Program-made: the position numbers and the translations under genes
Notes under the pieces: model-generated
What the model saw: only the letters and a program-made list of their open reading frames with translations
Databases searched by the model: none
What the model was told of the DNA's origin: nothing
IMG/VR virus record: IMGVR_UViG_3300034104_003795
Span: 186,001 to 250,000 of that record
Direction: 5' to 3' (one strand)
DNA: 64,000 nt
Shown here: positions 10,184 to 20,000 of the stretch, piece by piece
Layout: every line of letters begins with the position of its first letter
Numbering within the stretch: position 1 is the first letter of the stretch

Positions 10184-11083
10184 TTATTTCCAAATTGTAG
10201 GTATTGAAGCGTAATTTGATAAGTTTATACAATTTCTAAAAGCATCAGTTCCAAATGGAGTAGGAACTCTATTCCATAATTCCGGCGCAGTTCCTGTCAT
10301 TGCATTAGCCGTTGTTGCCATATTATATACGTTTACAAAAGTACTAACCGAAGTATTATAAGTAAATTGTAAAGGTTGAGTTATAGCATAACAGTTTCTA
10401 AAAGTTGAAGCAAAACTAATTGCATTTACATTCAAATCAAAAAGAGTTGATGGTACCGTGCTCAATGAAGTACATGTACTAAAACATGCTGCAAAGTTTG
10501 TAGCTGATGTATTTTCGTCAAATAATCCAGTAGGTATTGATGTAATTGGTGTATTTGTAAAAGTATCGGTAAAAGTAGTTGCATTTGGAGAATACGCAAA
10601 TAAATCAGAAGGTATTGATGTCAATCCTGTATTTCTCATAAAACTGGCAAATGTAATAACCTCTGCCAATCCGGTATAACCACCTACTCCACTTAATGAA
10701 GCACTACCAGGTATTGTAGTTAAATTAGAACAACCATAAAAATCTATCGCTCTCAGTCCAACCGTACCCCATTGAATCAATGCAACAATAAGAGGACGAA
10801 TTGAAGTGTTATTATTAACTTTAAAAGATGGCATAAACCCATTTATACTAATATCATATGTACCGGCACTAACGTATGTATGCGTTTTATCCACATCAGT
10901 AGAAGATGTTATTGTATTAGAATTTCCATCTCCCCAATTTACATTAAAGGTAGGAGTGAATCCAGCATAATCGGCAATAGGTAAAGTAAAAACGGTATTA
11001 GCAGATGTTGTAGTAATTCTGATAATGAATGGGAACTCTTGTCCCCCTTCCGCTGATGTTATCAATCTTCTAAAAATTCCCAT
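10184..11083 (-). CDS. PKD-like + BspA-type leucine-rich-repeat virion protein (candidate fibre tip/adhesin)
   Basis: VNWGDG...HTYVSAGTYDISING (PKD-like), followed by repeats of the type F..TF..C..L.SIP..LF (LTSIPSDLF, ITSIPTGLF, LSTVPSTLF). Confidence 0.7.
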   Translation of the reverse strand: MGIFRRLITSAEGGQEFPFIIRITTTSANTVFTLPIADYAGFTPTFNVNWGDGNSNTITSSTDVDKTHTYVSAGTYDISINGFMPSFKVNNNTSIRPLIVALIQWGTVGLRAIDFYGCSNLTTIPGSASLSGVGGYTGLAEVITFASFMRNTGLTSIPSDLFAYSPNATTFTDTFTNTPITSIPTGLFDENTSATNFAACFSTCTSLSTVPSTLFDLNVNAISFASTFRNCYAITQPLQFTYNTSVSTFVNVYNMATTANAMTGTAPELWNRVPTPFGTDAFRNCINLSNYASIPTIWK

Positions 11084-11088
11084 AACTA

Positions 11089-14000
11089 TTAACTAAAATT
11101 TTTACCACTTACAAATCCATAATATGTAGTACCACCATCATAAGTATAGAATACTAAAATATCAGTTCCAACAGAAGTTAGTGTTGGTGCACTTCCACCC
11201 GCCCAATCAACATTTACTGGCCAAGTTATTGTGTATGCTCCCGCATTTACAGTAACTAATGTAAATCCAAATGCGTTTGAAGCAGGTGCGTTACTAAATG
11301 CAACACTCGCATTACCATTAAATTGTCTTCTGAAGTTGTTACCAGTTGAAAGGTCTAATGTTACACTTCCACCGGTTCCTTGGTCAGAATATGTTTCTCT
11401 AAATGTATTTGCCGCAATAGATGTTGTTGATATTACATTACCAGTTACAGTTAATGTACTACCATTAAATGTTAAATTTGATTCAACATTTGCTCCAAAT
11501 GCAACAGCGTTGTAAGTTAATATACCATCTTCGGTATTACCAGATAATGGGAAACCAGATGTACCAGATGTACCCGATGTAAATCCAGGTGCAGATGTAC
11601 CAGATGTACCACTTTGTCCGGATGTACCAGATGTAAATCCTGGAGGTGTTGTACCAGATGTACCGGCTGTGCCACTTATTCCAGAAGTTCCTGATGTTCC
11701 AGATGTGAAGCCAGGAGGAGTTGTACCCGATGTACCAGCAGTACCACTTTCTCCAGAACTACCCGATGTACCGGATGTGAAGCCCGGAGGCGTTGTACCC
11801 GATGTACCAGATGTACCAGTTTCACCAGATGTTCCCGATGTAAAGCCCGGAGGTGTTGTACCCGATGTACCAGATGTTCCTGCTTCACCGGTTGCGTTTG
11901 TACCATCTTTACCAGATGTACCACTACTACCAAAATATGTTCCATCAAATCCAGAAGTTCCAGATGTACCATTCGTACCTAATCCAGAAGTTCCAGATGA
12001 GCCACTCACACCAGATGTACCAGATACTCCAGAAGTACCACTACTTCCAAATAACGTACCATCTTTACCAGATGAACCAGATGTACCCGTAGTTCCACTC
12101 ACACCAGATGTGCCGCTTTCTCCAGATGTACCAGAAGTACCACTTATACCCGATGTTCCAGATGAACCGAAATAAGTTCCATCAAATCCGGAAGAACCAG
12201 ATGTACCAGATGACCCGGATGTACCCGATGTGCCACTTTGTCCAGATGTACCTGCAGTTCCACTTTCTCCAGAAGTTCCTGATGAACCAAAGAATGTTCC
12301 ATCTTTACCAGAAGTTCCAGATGAACCAGAAGAACCCGCGCTACCGTCAGTTCCACTTATTCCAGAACTACCCGATGTGCCGCTTTCTCCAGATGAACCA
12401 GAAGTTCCAGATGAACCAAAGTATGTTCCATCTTTACCAGAACTACCCGATGTACCACTTACACCAGAAGTACCACCCGTTCCTGCACTTCCCGATGAGC
12501 CAGTTGAACCAGATGAACCCGATGTGCCACTACTACCTGATGTTCCAGAAGAACCAAAGAAAGTTCCATCTTTACCAGATGTACCACTTTCACCAGATGT
12601 ACCAGAAGAACCAGATGTACCATCGGAACCTGATGTACCCGATGTGCCACTTTCTCCAGAAGTACCAGAAGAACCAGATGAACCTTCTGCCGAAGTACCA
12701 GATGAACCAGATGAGCCTCCGGTGCCACTAGTACCACTTTCACCAGAAGTACCACTACTTCCAGAACTTCCTGCTGAACCACTTTCTCCAGATGTACCTG
12801 ATGTACCATGAGAACCAAAGAATGTTCCGTCTAAACCAGATGTACCCGAAGTACCATCTTGTCCAGATGAGCCAGATGAACCACTACTTCCTGATGTACC
12901 CGAAGTGCCATCTTGTCCAGATGTACCAGAAGAACCAAAGAATGTTCCATCTTTTCCACTTGTTCCAGAAGTACCATCGGTACCCGATATACCAGATGAA
13001 CCAGATGAGCCGCTACTTCCTGATGTACCCGTTGTACCAGAACTTCCAAAGAATGTTCCATCCAATCCGCTTGTACCGGATGTGCCGCTTTCACCAGATG
13101 TTCCAGATGTTCCTGTTTCACCGGATGTACCATCGGTACCAGATGTGCCAGTTGAACCCGAACTACCACTACTTCCAAAGAATGTTCCATCTACACCACT
13201 TGTTCCAGAAGAACCAGAAGTGCCAGATGTTGCTGATGTTCCAGAACTACCAGATGACCCGGATGTTCCCGAACTTCCAAAATATGTTCCATCTAAACCA
13301 GAACTTCCTGATGTACCAGATGAGCCACTGCTTCCAGAACTACCAGATGAACCACTACTTCCACTGCTTCCAGAAGTTGCAGATGTACCGGATGAACCAG
13401 AACTTCCAGATGTACCAAATGAACCATCGGTACCAGAACTACCCGATGAACCTGCAGTACCAGTTGAACCAGATGTACCTGAAGTGCCATCTGCTCCTGA
13501 ACTTCCACTACTTCCACTGCTTCCAGATGAACCAGATGAGCCAGTTGTACCAGATGAACCACTACTTCCACTTGAACCACTACTTCCAGATGTGCCATCA
13601 GTACCAGATGTACCAGATGAGCCACTACTTCCAGATGTTCCATCAGAACCAGTTGTACCAGATGAGCCACTGCTTCCAGATGAACCAGATGAACCGGCAC
13701 TACCACTACTTCCTGAACTTCCACTTGAACCAGAGCTACCAGATGTACCTGCAGAGCCGTTCGTACCAGAAGTTCCTGCCGAACCAGATGAACCACTACT
13801 TCCAGAAGTTCCTGATGAACCATCTTCTCCGGATGTACCAGAGCTTCCCGATGTACCAGATGAACCTGCTGAACCAGTTGTACCAGAACTACCAGAAGTA
13901 CCAGTTGTACCAGATGAACCACCACTACCATCGGAACCAGATGACCCGGATGTTCCAGAGCTTCCCGATGTTCCTGCTGAACCAGCACTACCAGATGAGC

Positions 14001-17000
14001 CAGAGGTTCCTGATGTACCAGATGAACCCGCAGTACCACCAGTACCAGAAGATGCCGATGTACCACTACTTCCCGATGTGCCTCCACTACCAGATGAACC
14101 AGAAGTTCCAGATGTGCCGCTTGTGCCAGAGGTTCCAGAACTTCCTGATGTGCCGGCAGTACCGCCACTACCAGATGATGCGGATGTACCACTACTACCC
14201 GATGTACCAGAGGTTCCAGAGCTACCAGATGTTCCCGATGACCCGGATGTTCCAGATGAACCAGAACTTCCAGATGAACCAGATGTACCAGAAGTACCAG
14301 AAGTTCCTGCAGAACCAGTTGAACCAGAGCTACCAGATGAACCACCACTTCCAGATGAACCGGATGTACCACTACTACCAGATGTTCCTGAACTACCCGA
14401 TGAACCAGATGTGCCAGATGTGCCACTGCTTCCCGAAGTTCCCGATGAACCAGATGAACCGGATGTTCCAGATGAACCAGAACTACCATCTGAACCGGAA
14501 GTACCAGATGTGCCGCTCGTGCCGCTACTACCCGATGTTCCAGAAGAACCAGATGAACCAGATGTTCCACTACTTCCAGAACTACCAGATGAGCCTGAAC
14601 TTCCAGATGAACCAGAACTTCCAGATGTTCCTGTTGTTCCAGAACTTCCACTGCTTCCTGAACTACCAGATGAACCAGATGAACCATCTATACCAGAACT
14701 TCCACTACTTCCCGAACTACCAGATGAACCGGAACTTCCAGATGTACCAGATGTTCCCGTTAATCCGGATGAACCAGAAGAACCAGATGAACCACCTGTT
14801 CCAGATGAACCAACCGCAGCTGCTACGTTTCTATATCCTAATTTTTTAGTTATTGGGTCCCACGTTACAACCTCATCATATGATGCCGATACGATTCCAC
14901 CAAGCATTATACTACCACTAACACCTAAACTTCCACTAATTGTAAGTGATGCGTTTATTGTTTGATTTGTATTGATGTTTAAGAATGAAGATGTGTCAGT
15001 ATTTGCAGAATTAAGTGCAAATGAAGCAGTTAATGCGTTTACAGAATAAGAAATACTATCCATTCCTAACGGCCCATCTACACCGGTTGATAATATATAA
15101 GATGCCGTAAGTGAAGTTTGAGCCGCTCCACCGTTGATTGTTACTAATACGCCATCAGAACCAGATGAAATCACATCTACCCCAGAACCACTAAAGTTTA
15201 TCTTTGCAGTTTGAGATTTTACCAACGAACTGGTATGATAAATAAATAATTCAGTTCCACCACCACCACCGTTTAATGCAAAAGATGCGGTTAATGCGTA
15301 AGAAGAACTTACAGCACTAAACACTGCCATTGATGATGTTTGATTGTTTCTCACATATTGTGATGAATCTCCCAATGAAGCCGATAATGATGCAAGTGAT
15401 GCTGAATCAAATCCTTGAACGGATACAGCAACTTCAGCTCTACGTGCATATGATGCAGAAAGAACTTCACCAAATACTCTATCACCAGGAATTGTACCAT
15501 TAATCAATGAGCCACCACTACCAATCACAACATGTCCGGAAGTTAATCCAGCAAATTTAATTTGGATTGTATCTTCATCAATTGATTTAACAGTGCCAGG
15601 TATAATTTGGTCTTCCGAACCAGTTGCGTACACTTGAACCATAGGATATAAAATTCCTAAGTTGTGTACAATTGTCAAATCGCTTACATTACTAAACGAT
15701 ACAGTTTCAGTTAATGATGTTTCAGGTTGAGGTACAAAATATCCTCTATCTTCATCATATCGTAAAATATCGTATTCAGCACTTGCAGTAGGTCCTACTC
15801 CTTGAAAATTATATGTACCCAAGAACGAACCACTAATAGTTGGTGCAAATATTGTACCACTTGCAGATATGTTATGTGCAGTTATATCATATACAACATC
15901 CAAATCACCATCTATTGATGCCGATGTACTTACTCTGAATCCTAAATCAGGAGATATTTCAGCGAATACAGATCCGGATTTTAATATAGCCGTTTCAAAT
16001 GCTAAATTAGCAATATTGATATTTCTTAATCCACTACCATCACCAACATATCTACTACCGGATTGAAGTACAACATCAGAACCAGTTACAAATATTCCAC
16101 CACTCACTGCTAATGAACCAGAGAATATTCTAACGGATGTATTTATTTCCAATCCTTTGTTTGGAGAAATTACAGCTTCAACAGATCCAGATATAATTCT
16201 ATCTAATTGTAAATCTTCTAATGCTTCGGCAGGGATATTAAATAATCCACTACCATCACCATCGTATCTTGCTGCCGTAATTGGTACGTTTACATCTAAT
16301 TTAGTTGGGTCAATAATTGCTACACCAGAACCAGAGTTAATTTTAGCCAACTCTAAGTTTTCAATCGCATCAGGTGGGATGTTAAATAATCCACCACCAT
16401 CTCCAATAAATAAAGATGCAGTTAATGAACCGGTAATTGATACCGAACCGGTGAATTGTGAACCACTACTAGCATTTACTATAAACTTATCACCACTAGC
16501 TACCGATGCCGTTGCCGAACCACTTGCTATCAATGGAGCTGCGGCTGCTTGTACATTTGTTAAAAATCTACCATCACCAAATACAAATCCTCTTGCAGTT
16601 AAATCATCTGCGGTCAATGAACCACTAATAGAAACACTACCAGTAAATTGAGAACCAATGTCAGAACCAGTTGCAGCGGTTCTTACAATAAAATTATTAC
16701 CACTTTGTACCGATGCAGTTGCAGAACCACTTGCTATTAAAGGTGCAGCTGTTGCTACTACATTGGTAATAAATCTACCGTCCCCAAACAAGAAATCCGT
16801 TGCTCTGATGCTTCCACTAACTTCAATTGAACCGGTGAATTGAGAACCAATTTGAGAACCGGTTGCCGCCGTTGTTATTATAAATACATTACCACTTTGT
16901 ACCGATGCAGTTGCAGAACCACTTGCTATCAATGGAGCTGCGGCCGCTACTACGTTTGTAATAAATCTACCATCTCCAAATAAGAATTCAGTTGCTCTGA

Positions 17001-20000
17001 TACTTCCACTAACTTCAACCGAGCCAGTGAATTGAGAACCAACTAGCCCACCGGTAAATGGAGTTATTACTCTAAATCCATCAACTGGACTTACTGATGC
17101 GGTTACTGAACCGGATTTGATTTCGGTAGATATTAATGCATCTTCGGTTAATGCGGAACGAGGGATATTTCGTAGATAAGTACCTTCTCCATAATATGAA
17201 GAACCGGAACTTAAAAATAAACCACCACTTGCAATCTCATTAATATATAAACTTCCACTTATATCTACCGAACCAGTAAACCTAGACCCAATTTGTGTAT
17301 CAAATATCAAATTTGGATTACCATCTACTATATTTATAACACCCGCCATTGATGAATGGAATTGGCAATTATAATATAACGTATTTGGTGCACTTCCAGA
17401 AACCAAGAATGTTATTTGTCCAACATCTTCACCATTATTAGTAACCCAACTATTATAAAAATTAGTATCACCAGTACCAGATGTTTCATTAATCCAAAAT
17501 GGATGCCCACTTGCATTTATATTAAAAATATATTCATAATTTCTATGCAATGTAATTGTGGGATTTGAACCACTTGCTGCTCCGCTAAATACATACTCAC
17601 CACTTCCATTATTTATTACATTAAATACGTTATCAAATACTAAAGAAGATGTAAATGGTGTTTTAACTTTAAAACCATCAACTGGACTTACCGAAGCCGT
17701 TACTGAACCAGATTTAATTTCTGCAGATATTAATGCATCTTCAGTTAATGCAGAACGTGGTATATCAAATAACAATCTACCAGATGAACTGATAAATGAA
17801 CCACTCGCCATAAAGATGCTTCCACTAAATGTAGAACCACTACTTACCGATTGAACTAAAAATCCAAATTCAGGAGTTACCGATGCAGTGATACTACCAG
17901 TTGCAATACGGAATACTTCTTCCGATAATGCGGAACGAGGTATATCAAATAATCCTTTACCACTACCACTAAACATTGAAGATGAAACAGGTCCAGATGT
18001 ATTTAAACTACCTGTAATTTGTGTATTTCCTATGAATGTTATTTCAGGTGCTATTTCTAAAAAATCAACTATATTAAGTTGCCCTACCATTGATGAATGC
18101 AATTGGCAATTGTAATATAGAATATTAGGTGAACCAGAATACGGAGTGAATACAATATCCCCACTATCATCACCATTATTCGTAATACTTTGACTTACAT
18201 TATTAGATGTACCGGTTGAATTTATAAATTTAATCCATAAAGGATGTCCTACTGCATTAACATTAAATGTATATTCTACACCTCTTACCAATGTTAATGT
18301 TGGATTTGAACCGGATATTAATCCATTACTTACAACATATGCACTACTCCCATCGTTTGTTACATATATTGTGTTATCTATTAATTCGGTAGGCAATGGT
18401 CTTGCCGAAGATGATACTACAAAACTACCATCAATTCTAGAATGAACATTTACTTCAAATCCGTTGTTAGGTGAAATAGATGCCGTTGCACTACCACTAA
18501 AGATTTTTGTTGAATCAATTGCTAAATTAGCTAATGTAATATTATTAAGGAATCTACCATCACCAATAAAATAAGAACCACTTGTTGAAGTTACATCACC
18601 TCTTACTAAAAGGCTTCCAGTTATATCAACGCTTCCGGTAAATTCAGAACCACTATCCGCAGATTGTACTCTAAAACCAAATACAGGTGAAACTGATGCA
18701 GTTACACTACCACTTGCTATTTTATTTGGAGCAAATGATAAAGCCGATTCAGGTATATCAAATAAATTTCTACCAGAACCACTAAACGATGAACCACTTT
18801 GTAGTTCTATATTTCCATGTGCAAATACACTACCACTTATATTAATTGAGCCGGTAAATTGAGAACCCAACAAAGTAGATTCAACAATAAATCCAAAATC
18901 AGGCAATGCCGAAGCGGTTACCGAACCAGATGCAATTCTAAATATTTCTTGAGATAATGCTGAGAATGGTATATCGGTTAATCCAGCACCACTACCACTA
19001 AATACCGATGCAGAAACACCTGATTTAAATAATGATGATTGATTTACTTTTAAAGAACCAGTTACAACTAAATTAGATTTTATATCAGTTGAACCCGTTA
19101 CAATTAAATAATCTCTAACGGTTACACCGGTATTTACTAAAAACCCTTTATCAGGAGAAATAGATGCTGTTGCTGAGCCACTAAAGATTTTAGAAGTATC
19201 TAAATCAGATAATGCCGCTACAGGTATATCAAATAATTTTTTACCACTACCACTAAAAGACGAACCAGTTATTACTCTTACCTCTCCATAAAATGTAGAA
19301 CCACTTTCTATTGAAGTTACTACGAATCCTTGATTTGGAGCCACCGAAGCGGTTACACTACCACTAACAATTTTCTCACTAAATAATGCATCAGGAGCAA
19401 GTGCTGTTCTCGGTATATTAAATAATCTTTCTCCACTACCACTAAAAGATGAGCCAGATGATATTTCTACACTTCCACTTACTAATATTGATGATGAAAA
19501 TTCTGCTCTATTAGCCCCTTCTAATCTAAATCCATATACAGGAGAAACAGATGCAGTTACAGATCCAGATACAATTCTCGTTCCTTCTATTGATGGTACA
19601 TTTCTTAATCTACTACCATCACCTTCAAAAGAACCGCTAAATTCAGGTGAAAATATTCTTTCCGCAGTAAGTGAACCAGATACTCTAACACTACCGGTTA
19701 TATCACTACCTCTTTGTAAAGATTCAACTCTAAATCCATAATCAGGAGAAACCGATGCAGTTACACTACCACTTGCAATTCTATATGCATCACCGGTAAA
19801 TGCCGATTGCGGAATATCAAATAATCCTCTACCACTACCAGAGAAGAATGAACCACTTCCTAAAAATACGCTACCACTTACCCCTAAACTTCCTGTTATA
19901 TTAGTTTTTCCAATAAATGTAATTTCGGCAGGTATTTCAATTGCATTCACAACATTGATAGCCCCTTGCATTGCACTATGAAACTGACAAGTGTAGTATA

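Noticed and set aside
7014-14687. Alternative-frame minus-strand Val/His/Leu-rich ORFs
   Set aside because: Frame-shifted readings of the same 9-bp periodic tracts; no independent evidence.
7029-14815. Repetitive DNA that might be a CRISPR array or satellite
   Set aside because: There are no constant repeats with unique spacers; variation sits at third codon positions, so this is coding periodicity.
6803-14965. Long plus-strand Pro/Asp/Glu-rich ORFs (e.g. 6803..8980, 12905..14965, 12792..14849)
   Set aside because: These are antisense shadows of the Gly-Ser tracts: GGN/TCN codons give stop-free Pro-rich reverse frames. They have no expression signals and lie opposite clear genes.
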